The notes: generated from the letters alone by a model not told the origin. DNA of 63,942 nucleotides, filler included, from Octopus bimaculoides (GCF_001194135.2; 5 parts of 5 records of this genome joined end to end with filler, not necessarily neighbours in it), one strand, 5' to 3'; shown: positions 1-11,999, counted from the whole stretch's first letter. A program made the numbers and translations.

Positions 1-297
1 ACTCCTTCGTGTATCACCTGGTTCGTAATACGGGTGACTAGGCTATAGCCAACACTGCCAGATATTTTGAGCATCTCTGCAGTGATTCCTGATGGGCCGG
101 GGGCTTTCCCGGTCTTCATACTCTTAATTGCTTTATCTACCCTGGTACTATCAACTCGGATAGCTGGTCCCTCTATTGGGTCGACATACGGCAGGCTCTC
201 TTTCTCCCATTCATTCTCTTTGTTAAGCAATCTATCGTAGTGGCATCTCCAGACCTCTTTCTTTGCATCCTCATTTAATGCAAGCGTACCATCTCTG
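1..297 (-). mobile_element. RTE-clade LINE ORF2 fragment (pre-RT region)
   Basis: Minus strand reads DGTLALNEDAKKEVWRCHYDRLLNKENEWEKESLPYVDPIEGP...KTGKAPGPSGITAEMLK; clearly homologous to 8485-8775. Confidence 0.9.
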
Positions 298-2620
298 CCA
301 AAAACCAAAGTGTAGCTTTGTTTCCATGTTGTGCCCCTGCCACTCAGGCCCATCAAATGGATTTCATCCCCATGAGCTTTAGAGCCCACACCCAAGCTCT
401 AACAATGCAGCCTTCATGCTTCATGTGATGAATTGGTCTCAGACCAATTTCACCATGAACATGTCAGTTGTGTTGCCTTCCTTAGACTCTTCCAAGTTTC
501 CAAATCTTCTATTTTATTTTTCTCTATCGTTATGACCTTACTAAATTTAACCAACTCTACTCTAATCACCCTTTTAAAGGTGAACCACAATTTGTTGTTG
601 ACAATTTCCCTCAATGCCTGCTTAAATAATTCGCTAACCCATGTTCTGGCAGTTTGGTACACTGTGAGCGATGCATTCAATTTCCAGTAACCTAGGAAGT
701 GTATTTACGTTGACCATGAAGATCACAAATTTGTGGTCTGTGCAGCCAGCAATTTGAAAATGTGGACAGTCTATGCTATCCTCCTCTACTGGTCTACAGA
801 ATACTCTATCTAGATATGATCTGGATACTCCAATACGATTTGTCTATGTCCACATTGACACATTTGGGAAGTCCAGTCAATACCTGTCAGGTAGTTGAAA
901 ACATCTGAGCAGGTCTGCAAAACTTTTATACCATCTTTCTTATCAACTGACTCCGATCAACCTAAACGTGCATCTAAGATGGCGTTCCAATTGCCTGCTA
1001 TCACTAATGAGTGGAACGTTCATAGGAAAACTTCCAGACACCTGAAGAAATTTAGCTTTCCCACCTTTTCTGGAACATGAACAGCTACTAATCTGAAAGC
1101 ACACCCTTTGCTACTGTTCATATCTTGGACCACCAACTTACCTTCTGGATCCAAGAAGATGGTCTGTATTATTAGATCGAAACCCTTCTGGAACAAAACA
1201 ACAGTTACACTTTCCAATCCTAGTCGACATGGAGATGAGTAAATTTCATACCCATTGAAAATGTGCATGAAAGCTTGTAAAAATCTGGTCTCGTTGATGG
1301 CCACTACATCTAAATCTAGTGATCCAAGATCATTGAACTGGTAACCCTGCTCCTAAGCTGACCACATGCATTTATGTTGCCTAGTCTGACACAAGCATGA
1401 TTGACAAGAGAGAGAAGTGGATGAGAAATGATCACTTCTCTTATTTCTGTGGAGGGACAGGTATTTCGTCACACAGGCTGGCTGTGGGTATTTTCATTTG
1501 TAATTTTTCGTATAATCTTTTATTGATATTCCATTGGAAGTTTCCTACATCTTTTGGGTATTTTTTAAAATTATTTTTTTAACGTTGTTGTCTGTATACT
1601 GTGAGGATTTTTGTGTGATGAAATGCTTGTAGCTAATGCAATGTAGTTATCATGAATGATACTTGTATGTTAGTGTACATGATCCATTAGTTCTTTATTG
1701 CCTTTCTGAATGTGTAGTTAATAACATCTTTTCTTTTTTTGTTTATACTGAGGTGTGTAGCCTGCCTGTTGTTTGGTTGTTTGTAAGGGTAAGGGGTCTG
1801 TGATAGTGGTGGTGATGGGGAGTGGTGCTGGCATTGTTGCTCAAAGGATCCCTCCATTCGTTCATATCTGCCAGTCTTTGTTTCTTTGGTCTTTGATGGT
1901 GTGTTTTTGTTTTAGGCTCCTCACCATCTCCTTTGCTACACAAGATGTCTGAATGATCCCAAGCAGGGAGGAGAATGTCTTGAGGTTTTGTGGTTTGGGG
2001 CTTTCAGTAACCGATGTTGTTGATGATGTGGTGGTTCTTGTGGGCAAAGTTTTAGCTTTGTATTTTTTTTTTCTGCTGCCTTTGTTTTCACTTTTGGTGT
2101 TGTTGCTACAACTGCTACTTCTAGTCTTGTATCAGGTGCTGCAATCACTAATAATGCCATTATCAATGTGGTTGTTGAAGTTGTGGTGTTGGAGAAAGCC
2201 TTTAGATGGTTTGTTTCCACTGTTGTAGCATTGGGGCCATCTTTCTTCCATTTCCACCTGCAGTTGCTACCCTCCTAGGATCTCTGTTAGGTTGGGAATT
2301 TTGTCAAGTGCCTCTGGTTTCACTTGAATTGAGCTCTCCAACTCTCATTCCAACCCAATTTTCTTTCCAAAATCTTTTAATTTCTTGAAGAGTGCTGGTT
2401 TCCTCTAGAACCACACATTTCCCCAACCACCAGAAATCTAGTTCTGGTGGTATGTTTGAGACTTTTACTCAAATCACTCTCTGCCCTATGTCCCAGATAA
2501 ATTGGTATCAATGTGGAATCTATTGGGGGGGAGGATAATAAAATGCTTCTTTGCTTGGGTTTCCAAGTGGAAAAATAATTTTAACAGACCTGAATTTATG
2601 GTTATGACTCAGAAAACTAA
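298..2620 (-). mobile_element. Degenerate Tx1/L1-clade LINE 5' half (ORF1 with decayed zinc knuckle, APE endonuclease, linker)
   Basis: ORF1-like VKVSNIPPEL and PQCYNSG..NHLKAF; endonuclease GKLVVQDMNSSKGCAFRLVAVHVP, TDHKFV and LGYWKLNASL; linker EGCIVRA...GNKAT; many stops and frameshifts. Confidence 0.75.
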
Positions 2621-2799
2621 TGCTAAGCCATATGTTCTTCTTTAAACAGAGTTCAGCTTTGCTTCAAGGCATCTGCTTGAATTTGTGTCTATCCAGTGAT
2701 GCATGTCTACATAGAATTGTTTTCCTTTCTGTTTTCGTCTTGGAGATTTTGTCATTTATTGTGTGTACTTTTCTCCATTCTAGCTGCTTAATATATTTT

Positions 2800-3043
2800 T
2801 TTCTACTCTTGGTGCAAGGCCCAAAATTTTTGGGGAGTGAGGCCAGTCAATTAGATTGATCCCCAATATGCAACTGGTACTTAATTTATTGACCCTGAAA
2901 GGATGAAAGGCAAAGTCGACCTCGGCAGAATTTGAACTTGGAGACAACTGATGCTGGTGTGTTTACGTACCCGTAACCTAGCGGTTCAGCAAAAGAGATC
3001 GATAGAATAAGTACTAGGCTTACAAAGAATATGACTGAAACAA

Positions 3044-3096
<53 letters not shown>

Positions 3097-3714
3097 GAAA
3101 CTCTGCCAGATCAGATTGGAGCCTAGTGCAGCCATCTGGTTCACAAGTCCTCAGTCAAATTGTCCAACCCATGCCAGCATTGAAAGTGGATGTTAAACGA
3201 ACGATGAGGATGATGATGATGATAATAATAATAATGATAATAATAATAATAATAATGATAATAGTAATAATAATCCTTTCTACTCAAGGCACAAGGTGTG
3301 AAATTTCAGGGAATCGGGTAAGTCGATTATATTGACCTCAGTGCTCAACTGGTACTTATTTAATCGACCCCGAAAGGATGAAAGGCAAAGTCAACCTTGG
3401 TGGAATTTGAACTCAGAATGTAAAGACAGACGAAATACTGGTAAGAATTTTGCCCAGCATGCTAACGATTCTGCCAGCTTGCCAATAATAATAGTAATCC
3501 TTTCTACTAATTGCACAAGGCCTGAAATTTCGGGGGAGGGGCTAAGTCAATTACATTGCCCCCCCCCCCCCGAGTTCAATTGGTACTTAATTTATTGACC
3601 CCAAAAGGATGAAAAGCAAAGTCGACCTTGGCAGAATTTGAACTTAGAACGTAAAGACAGACGAAATACCTCTAAGCATTTTGCCCAGCGTGATAACAGT
3701 TCTGCCAGCTCACC

Positions 3715-3755
<41 letters not shown>

Positions 3756-3935
3756 CAACAACAACAACAACAATTCTTTCTGTTGTAGGCACAAGACCTG
3801 AAATTTTTTAGGAAGCAGGCTAATTGATTACATCAGCCACAGTGCTCAACACATACTTATTTCGTGACCCCCAAAAGGACAAAAGGCAAAGTCAACGTCA
3901 GTCGGATTTGAACTCGGAATGTAAAGTATGAAAAA
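2800..3935 (-). mobile_element. Cluster of four tRNA-derived SINE-A copies (2800-2938, 3274-3483, 3498-3714, 3775-3935) mixed with a SINE-B tail, an RTE 3' tail and (AAT)n
   Basis: Repeated body gaaaggatgaaaggcaaagtcgacctcggcagaatttgaactc; on the minus strand A box TGGCAGAATCGTTAG and B box GTTCAAATTC. Confidence 0.9.
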
Positions 3936-4069
3936 AATATCAGGAAGTACAATTTTAAGGTCATTAGTTAAGGGAGGCAACTCTGCCTGAACAATCTTAA
4001 AATGCAAGGAATTTTATCAGGGAATGAAACTTCAAAGATATTCCGACAACTTTATTAGTAGTATGTAGT

Positions 4070-4278
4070 ACTCTTTTACTCTTTTACTTGTTTCAGTCAT
4101 TTGACTGTGGCTATGCTGGAGCACCACCTTTTAGTCGAGCAAATCGACCCCGGGACTTATTCTTTGTAAGCCTAGTACTTATTCTACTGGTCTCTTTTGC
4201 CAAACCGCTAAGTGACGGGGACATAAGCACACCAGCATCGGTTGTCAAGCAATGCTAGGGGGACAAACACAGACACAG

Positions 4279-4335
<57 letters not shown>

Positions 4336-4436
4336 TACGACGGTCTTCTTTCAGTTTCCATCTACCAAATCCACTCACAAGGCTTTGGTCGGCCCGAGGC
4401 TATAGTAGAAGACACTTGCCCAAGATACCACGTAGT
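4070..4436 (-). mobile_element. SINE-B: tRNA-like head, internal (TA)n(TG)n, 3' tail ending gactgaaacaagtaaaaga
   Basis: Head matches 10834-10990; tail matches 28820-29010, 39345-39560 and 61350-61560. Confidence 0.85.
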
Positions 4437-5694
4437 NNNNNNNNNNNNNNNNNNNNNNNNNNNNNNNNNNNNNNNNNNNNNNNNNNNNNNNNNNNNNNNN
4501 NNNNNNNNNNNNNNNNNNNNNNNNNNNNNNNNNNNNNNNNNNNNNNNNNNNNNNNNNNNNNNNNNNNNNNNNNNNNNNNNNNNNNNNNNNNNNNNNNNNN
4601 NNNNNNNNNNNNNNNNNNNNNNNNNNNNNNNNNNNNNNNNNNNNNNNNNNNNNNNNNNNNNNNNNNNNNNNNNNNNNNNNNNNNNNNNNNNNNNNNNNNN
4701 NNNNNNNNNNNNNNNNNNNNNNNNNNNNNNNNNNNNNNNNNNNNNNNNNNNNNNNNNNNNNNNNNNNNNNNNNNNNNNNNNNNNNNNNNNNNNNNNNNNN
4801 NNNNNNNNNNNNNNNNNNNNNNNNNNNNNNNNNNNNNNNNNNNNNNNNNNNNNNNNNNNNNNNNNNNNNNNNNNNNNNNNNNNNNNNNNNNNNNNNNNNN
4901 NNNNNNNNNNNNNNNNNNNNNNNNNNNNNNNNNNNNNNNNNNNNNNNNNNNNNNNNNNNNNNNNNNNNNNNNNNNNNNNNNNNNNNNNNNNNNNNNNNNN
5001 NNNNNNNNNNNNNNNNNNNNNNNNNNNNNNNNNNNNNNNNNNNNNNNNNNNNNNNNNNNNNNNNNNNNNNNNNNNNNNCATTCAACTTCAAATTACAATT
5101 GTTAATTGTCGGAAGTCAAGTAGACAGATGTACATATAATGTTATCGTATAGGGTGGGAATTCAATACGAAGTTTTGAACTCATTATCTTACGGTTAGTA
5201 ATCCATTACCTTAAATTTGAAGCCATTAAGTCTTTAAACATTATTTTACTAGGTTTAGTCTTTCGACTGTCGCCATGATGGGGTGTTACTTTCAAAAATT
5301 TAATTGATCATACTGACCTCGGTACGTATTTCAATCTGGCATATATTTTATAGATCTCTGCTTGATGAACTGCTAACTTTGAGACATAGTGGGACACAAT
5401 ACTCGATTTAACAACAAATGCAGTCACATTGCTGAAATCTCAAAATTATGAAAGAATGGATGACTAATTCAAAATAATGTGAATAAATATTACATTTGAA
5501 AAGAGAGTAATCTGAATGCTAAAGGGTTAAACATAAATGTTTTATGAAAGTTTTTAATTTAGATCACTTTAAAACAGAGAATTTATATTATAGAACTAGG
5601 AGCAGTCTCAGACAGGTTGCTATGAAAGAGGGTTAACCCTTTAGTTCTCACATTTCTATTGAAACTCACTGCTTTTGGTTCAATTCGTCATTGT

Positions 5695-5940
5695 TTAACA
5701 TCCATTTTCCATGGGTTGGATGGTTTGACAGGAGCTGGTAAGGTTGGGATATGTTCCAGGCTCTGTTGTCTGTTTTAGCAAAGTTTCTACAACTGGATGC
5801 CCTTCCTAATGCCAACCACTTTACAGAGTGTACTGGGTGCTTTTAATGTGACACCAGTATGAGTACCTATTATGTGGTACCATCCCTAGTGCTTTTTTTA
5901 TGTGGTACCATCACCAGTACTCTTGATGTGGCACCAGCAC
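5695..5940 (-). mobile_element. Short RTE 3'-tail copy
   Basis: Reverse complement of the 10670-10830 terminus (ggcattaggaagggcatccag...ccatccaacccatg). Confidence 0.75.
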
Positions 5941-6447
5941 TGTCAGGGTTTGCAAAACAAAAACCTCTCAATTTTGAAAATAAAGAAGAATCTAATAAAA
6001 CTATCATTAAGCTGATGTTTGGGAAATAAATTAGCATAAAATTTTGATGGAAAGTTTTAATTTAAATAAAATGAGAAGTTTGTATCATAGAACCAAAGAC
6101 AGACTTTGGTGGTTTGGCGATCAAAAAGGTGAAGCAGTCCACCACCAAAGGAACATTTTGAAAACAGTTGACAAGTAAATATTTGATTGACAGTGTCATG
6201 AGAAATTAGAGCATTTATAATTACACAAACTATATGATTAAATGATGAGGAATTTGGCTTGATTGTTGTAGCTTAAGGAGAAATTGGGGCAGGAATAACA
6301 AAGTAATGATTGTGAAAAATATTGTTATTGTTGGGTAAATAAATATTGTGATTGGCCATTAAATTGATTGTGAAATGGTAGCATCATTGTATTGTTGCTG
6401 GTTATCACAGCAAGCATCGTGAACTAGTCATTGTTCAGCTTCTTTAA

Positions 6448-6668
6448 CCCTTTCTTTACCAACCTGGCTGAAACTGGTTCTGGCTCTGAGTACAAATGTC
6501 TTGTTTTCATAAGTTTTGAATTAAAATCTTCCACCAAACTTTAGTCACAATTTATGTTCCTAACACTAGCTTCATGATAACAGAGTTATTTTACTAAATT
6601 CTTTGTTATATTTAAAATTAATGGAAAGAAACACAGAACATCTCAATAGAAATATGGTAAGAAAAGGG
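6448..6668. mobile_element. piggyBac-type MITE copy 1
   Basis: TTAA|CCCTTT...AAAGGG|TTAA; 221 bp. Confidence 0.8.
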
Positions 6669-6699
6669 TTAAAATATATAATAGAGAAACGATTCTTAA

Positions 6700-6919
6700 C
6701 CCTTTTGATACCAACCCAGCTGAAACTGGCTCTGGCTCTGAATACAAATGTCTTGTTTTCATAAGTTTTGAATTAAAATCTTCCACCAAACTTCAGTCAC
6801 AATTTATGTTCCTAACACTAGCTGGATGATAACTAAGTTATTTTACTAAATTCTTTGTTATATTTAAAGTAATTGAAAGAAATACAGAGTATCTCAACAG
6901 AAATACATTAAGGAAAGGG
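6700..6919. mobile_element. piggyBac-type MITE copy 2
   Basis: TTAA|CCCTTT...AAAGGG|TTAA; highly similar to copy 1. Confidence 0.8.
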
Positions 6920-6989
6920 TTAAACCCTTTTTGTTACCATACTCTGAAATACTCTGCCTTGTTTCAATTAATTTTTAAAATAACTTTTT

Positions 6990-7145
6990 GAGGTGGTGAG
7001 TTGGCAGAATTGTTACGGCACTGGACAAAATGTCACTAGACATTTCATCTGACCTTACGTTCTGAGTTCAACTTTGCCTTTCATTCTTTTGGAGTCAATA
7101 AAATAAGTACCAGTCAAGCACTGGGGGTTGATGTAATCGACTTAC
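6990..7145 (+). mobile_element. Degenerate SINE-A
   Basis: ggtgagttggcagaattgtt...ttctgagttcaactttgcctttcattc. Confidence 0.7.
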
Positions 7146-7375
7146 AGTCTTTTCTGAAATTGGCTTTTAGGGTCCACCCCGAGTAAAATAGGAACCAAAA
7201 GGGTTCCATAGGTAAAAATAGATGAAAACCACTGCTCTGGTACCTCTGCTAGCTGTTGCCCTCTCCCATCCCCCCCCCACCTTCAGTTTCACATCTGCTT
7301 GGTTGGATGGAATTTGTTGAGGCAGATTTTCTACAGCCAGATGCCCTTCCTATCACCAAACCTCACCTGTTTCTA

Positions 7376-7612
7376 CCCTTATCTGGTGGGCGATGCGGAA
7401 ACTAGGGATTGACGAATGGTTAATAAGGGCTGTACAGGCAATGAGTATAGTGAAAAATTCCAGGTAGAAGTAGGGGTCCACCAAGGGTCAACCCTCAGCC
7501 CTCTCTTATTCATCATAGTCCTCCAGGCAATAACAGATGAATTCAAGACAGGTTGCCCCTGGGAGCTCCTCTATGCTGATGACCTGGCTCTCATAGCAGA
7601 ATCACTACCAGA
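7376..7612 (+). mobile_element. RTE RT fragment with internal deletion
   Basis: EVGVHQGSTLSPLLFIIVLQAITDEFKTGCPWELLYADDLALIAES. Confidence 0.9.
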
Positions 7613-8030
7613 TGGCCTGATATATATTAATGGAAGATTAGGGACCAAGGGCATTGATTGTAGGACACTTGTTAATAGGTATCACCTAATTACAAGACAA
7701 GGGAACACTAATGCACACACACACACACACACACATAAAATATAATTAAGATTCAGTTGAATTGGGTACTTAAATTGAGGCATTTTGCTATTCGGTATAA
7801 TTTGCACAACTTGACAATATTATTTGAATATTGAATATCAAGACTCCGTGCAAGAGTGTTAACACCTGATATTCCTGTTGTGTGTGTCTAGGCAATGTAA
7901 CCCAGCTAAGTGAAGATATCCACTCTTGGTAATTCTGACATGTACTTTTTATAAAGGTACTTTCTATAGTATTTCCAAAGTGCAGATTCCATGTTAGGTA
8001 AACAGAATATGAACAAATAACAAAGATGTA

Positions 8031-8204
8031 CAGGTGTCAATTCATTACAGCTCCATCTAATTGATTAATGAAAGCTTTACATCAATTTGAAAGAAACCGT
8101 TTTTGTCAGATGAATGCAGTTATCTGACAAGAACGGTTTCTTTCAAATTTTAATTAATCAATTAAACGGAGCCGCTTGAAAGGGACGTAATGAATTGACA
8201 CCTG
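8031..8204. mobile_element. Fold-back MITE, Tc1/mariner-like
   Basis: TA|CAGGTGTCAATTCATTAC...GTAATGAATTGACACCTG|TA, plus an inner inverted repeat tttgaaagaaaccg/cggtttctttcaaa. Confidence 0.8.
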
Positions 8205-8239
8205 TACATCTTTTGTTAATTATTTACATATTCTATTGG

Positions 8240-10833
8240 CACTGTAGACAAAGCCATTGGAGCAAAGAAACAGGCCTGGAAAGCCTGGAAGAGTGGAGGT
8301 AGCAGGGAACTGTACCAGATATCCAGGAGGGAGGCTGGGCGACAGGTATGCATAGCCAAGGGAGAAGCAGAAAAGCAGTTTGCCAATGTTCAGCAACGTG
8401 AGGACCAAAAAACTGAAGTATTTCAGATTGCAAGCCAATGTGTGAGAGAAAATTGAGATGACACAGGAGAGAGATGTCTCCGCATGGATGATGGTGCACT
8501 TGCTTTTAATGATTCTGAAAAGAAAGACTCTTGGAGAAGCCATTATGAAAAGCTGCTGAATGTGGAGATTGAATGGGAGGAGGGCAGCCTGCCAAATGTT
8601 GACCCAGTAGAGGGATCAGCTATCTGAATAGACAGCACCCTGATAGATAAAGCAATTAAGTCAGGAAAAGCCCTGGGCCCATCAGGAATCACCGCTGAGA
8701 TGCTTAAAACATCTGGTGGTGTGTGCTATGGCCTAGTCACCCGTATTGTAAACCAGGTAGTTCATGATGGAGTCATACGCAATGACTGGCGTAGCAGCAC
8801 CATAGTTAACTGCTACAAAGGTAAAGGTGATGCGTTAGATACAAATAACTACAGGGGTATCAAACTGCTGGATCAGGTGATGAAGGTCACAGAAAGGGTC
8901 ATAGCCCACCTAATTAGGGAGAGATTCTGTTTAGATGAGATGCAGTTTGGCTTTAAGCCAAGTAGAAGCACCACTGATGCTATATTCCTGGTATGGCAAC
9001 TGCAGGAGAAATACCTAGCCAAAGATAAACCCCTATACTTAGCATTTGTGGACTAGGAGAAAGCCTTTGACAAGGTCCCCTGATCCCTTATCTGGTGGGT
9101 GATGTGGAAACTAGGGATTGATGAATGTTTAATAAGGGCTGTACAGAGATGCCATTAGTAAGGTTAGGATTGGCAATGAGTATAGTGAAAAATTCTGGGT
9201 AGAAGTAGGGGTCCACCCTCAGCCACCTCTTATTCATCATAGTCCTCCAGGCAATAACAGAGGAATTCAAGACAGGTTGCCCCTGGGAGCGCCTCTATGC
9301 TGATGATTTGGCTCCCATAGCAGAATCACTACTAGAATTAGACAAGAAATTTCAAGTGTGTAAGCAAGGTTTAGAATCGAAAGGCCTTAGAGTCAATGTT
9401 GCAAAAACCCCTTCAGGTAGATGGCTCTTCTCAATCTGTAGAAAAGGTGTAGGTAGAAACTTCATAAGATGCACCCAGTGCAAGCTATGGACACATAAGA
9501 GGTGCAGCAACATCAAAGGAAGATTAACTGGGAAGATAGCTTTTGTGTGCAGAAGATGCACAGGGGCAATAAACACCACAGATGCTCAGAAAACAGATTC
9601 CATCACATGCCAGGGGAAGAAACTAGAGGTAGTTGATAGCTTCCATTACCTAAATGACTAAGTCTGTAGTGTGGGTGGAAGCTCAGAGAGTGTTACCACT
9701 AGAATAAGAATAGCCTGGGCAAAGTTCAGAAAGCTCCTACCTCTACTGGTGACAAAGGGCCTCTCACTCACAGTGAAAGGTAGATTGTATGATGCATATG
9801 TGCGAACCGTCATGCTTCATGGCAGTGAAACATGGGCCGTGACCACTGAAGACATGCATAGGCTCGAAAGAAATGAAGCTAGCATGATTCGCTGGATGTG
9901 TAATGTCAGTGTGCACACACGACAGTGTGTAAGCGCCCTGAGAGAAATGTTGGACATAAGAAGTATCAGATGTGGTGTGCAAGAGAGAGGACTGCGCTAG
10001 TATGGTCATGTACTATGGATGGATGAGGAGAGCTGTGTGAAGAAGTACCACTCCCAAACAATGGAAGGAACCTGTGGTAGAGGGAGACCCAGGAAGACAT
10101 GGGATGAGGTGGTGAAGCATGATCTTTGAACGTTGGGCCTCACAGAGGCAATGATGAAAGACTGAGACCTCTGGATATGTTGCTGTGACTGAGAAGACCC
10201 GGCAAATAAAGCGAGATCACAGCCGTAGCTTACACTAGTGTTACATACCGATCCACTTAAAAAAGTACCTTTGGATCGTCGGGCGACATGTCGTGCCTGA
10301 GGAGACCTATTGAGTCAAGTACATCAAAATCAAATCAAACCACAATCAAATGGAAATTGTAGTTGTGGCTGATGTCAGTTCCGCTTGACTGACATGTAAA
10401 AAGCACCATCCGAACGTGGTCGATGCCAGCCCTCTAGGCCTGACTGGCTCCCGTGCCGGTGGCATGTAAAGAGCACCATCTGAACGTAGACGATGCCAGT
10501 GCCGCCTGACTGGCTCCCATGCTAGTGGTATGCAATAAGCACCATTCATGCTTGGGTCGTTGCCAGAGCCACCTGACTGGCTCCCCATGTCAGTGGCATG
10601 TGAAAAGCACCATCTGAACGAGGTTGATGGCAGCCCCCATCTGGCTCCTGGGCTGGTGGCACGTAAAACGCACCCACTACACTCTTAGACTGGTTAGTGT
10701 TAGGAAGGACATCCAGCTCTAGAAACATTGCCAGATCAGATTGGTGTCTGGTGCAGCGTCCTGGCTTGCCCCCAGTCAAACCGTCCAACCCATGCCAGCA
10801 TGGAAAATGGACATTAAATGATGATGATGATGA
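8240..10833 (+). mobile_element. 5'-truncated, decayed RTE-clade LINE: RT with inserted PHD finger, 3' UTR with tandem repeats and (GAT)n tail
   Basis: NYRGIKLLDQVMKV, QFGFKP, AFVD*EKAFD, LYADD (9296-9307), KGLRVN, DSFHYL, HGSETW, GRGRPRKTW; several stops. Confidence 0.95.
10370..10675 (+). repeat. ~65-bp tandem repeat, about five copies, in the RTE 3' UTR
   Basis: ctggctcc recurs at 10444, 10510, 10577 and 10641; unit tgactggctcccgtgccggtggcatgtaaaaagcaccatc... Confidence 0.9.
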
Positions 10834-10996
10834 GGAGTGGCTGTGTGGTAAGTAGCTTGCTTACCAACCACATGGTTCTGGGTTCAGTCCCACTGTGTGG
10901 CACCTTGGGCAAGTGTCTTCTACTATAGCCACAGGCCGACCAAAGCCTTGTGAGTGGATTTGGTAGATGGAAACTGAAAGAAGCCTGTTGTGTGTA

Positions 10997-11030
<34 letters not shown>

Positions 11031-11060
11031 CATATACATATATATACATATACATATATA
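10834..11060 (+). mobile_element. SINE-B head followed by (TA)n
   Basis: ggagtggctgtgtggtaag...GGTTCAGTCCC B box...ggaaactgaaagaagcc. Confidence 0.9.
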
Positions 11061-11690
11061 NNNNNNNNNNNNNNNNNNNNNNNNNNNNNNNNNNNNNNNN
11101 NNNNNNNNNNNNNNNNNNNNNNNNNNNNNNNNNNNNNNNNNNNNNNNNNNNNNNNNNNNNNNNNNNNNNNNNNNNNNNNNNNNNNNNNNNNNNNNNNNNN
11201 NNNNNNNNNNNNNNNNNNNNNNNNNNNNNNNNNNNNNNNNNNNNNNNNNNNNNNNNNNNNNNNNNNNNNNNNNNNNNNNNNNNNNNNNNNNNNNNNNNNN
11301 NNNNNNNNNNNNNNNNNNNNNNNNNNNNNNNNNNNNNNNNNNNNNNNNNNNNNNNNNNNNNNNNNNNNNNNNNNNNNNNNNNNNNNNNNNNNNNNNNNNN
11401 NNNNNNNNNNNNNNNNNNNNNNNNNNNNNNNNNNNNNNNNNNNNNNNNNNNNNNNNNNNNNNNNNNNNNNNNNNNNNNNNNNNNNNNNNNNNNNNNNNNN
11501 NNNNNNNNNNNNNNNNNNNNNNNNNNNNNNNNNNNNNNNNNNNNNNNNNNNNNNNNNNNNNNNNNNNNNNNNNNNNNNNNNNNNNNNNNNNNNNNNNNNN
11601 NNNNNNNNNNNNNNNNNNNNNNNNNNNNNNNNNNNNNNNNNNNNNNNNNNNNNNNNNNNNNNNNNNNNNNNNNNNNNNNNNNNNNNNNNN

Positions 11691-11829
11691 TCTATAACAC
11701 CCGGCGAGAAACAAGTCTGCAAGCGATGAGCCTGTTCTCCATACACAGGTTTCAACAGGGTTATTTCAGGCAGCAAACGGTAAGATGCAGTGGCCACTGG
11801 TGAAAATTTTATGTGGTCTTTCCCGATAC
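11691..11829 (-). CDS. POLR1C: RPAC1 coding exon 2 (partial; continues into N gap 11061-11690)
   Basis: Poly-T tract plus AAAG acceptor at 11831-11830; completes the phase-1 Gly codon and reads [46 protein letters not shown], the expected continuation of RPAC1. Confidence 0.95.
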
Positions 11830-11999
11830 CTTTAAAAAAAAAAAAAGAGAAGATGAAATATCAAAGATGCAGATATGGAATCCAAGGTAGGGGCTTTGAC
11901 AAAAGACAATTAGCAATTGGAAATCTCAGAAAATTCCAGCAGGACTTTTTTTTGGTCCCAAATTGACAGATTTTGTCAATCTGTATTTTATGTCAGTTG

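Noticed and set aside
10370-10675. CRISPR-like repeat-spacer array
   Set aside because: Degenerate contiguous tandem units inside a LINE 3' UTR in eukaryotic DNA; no unique spacers and no cas genes.
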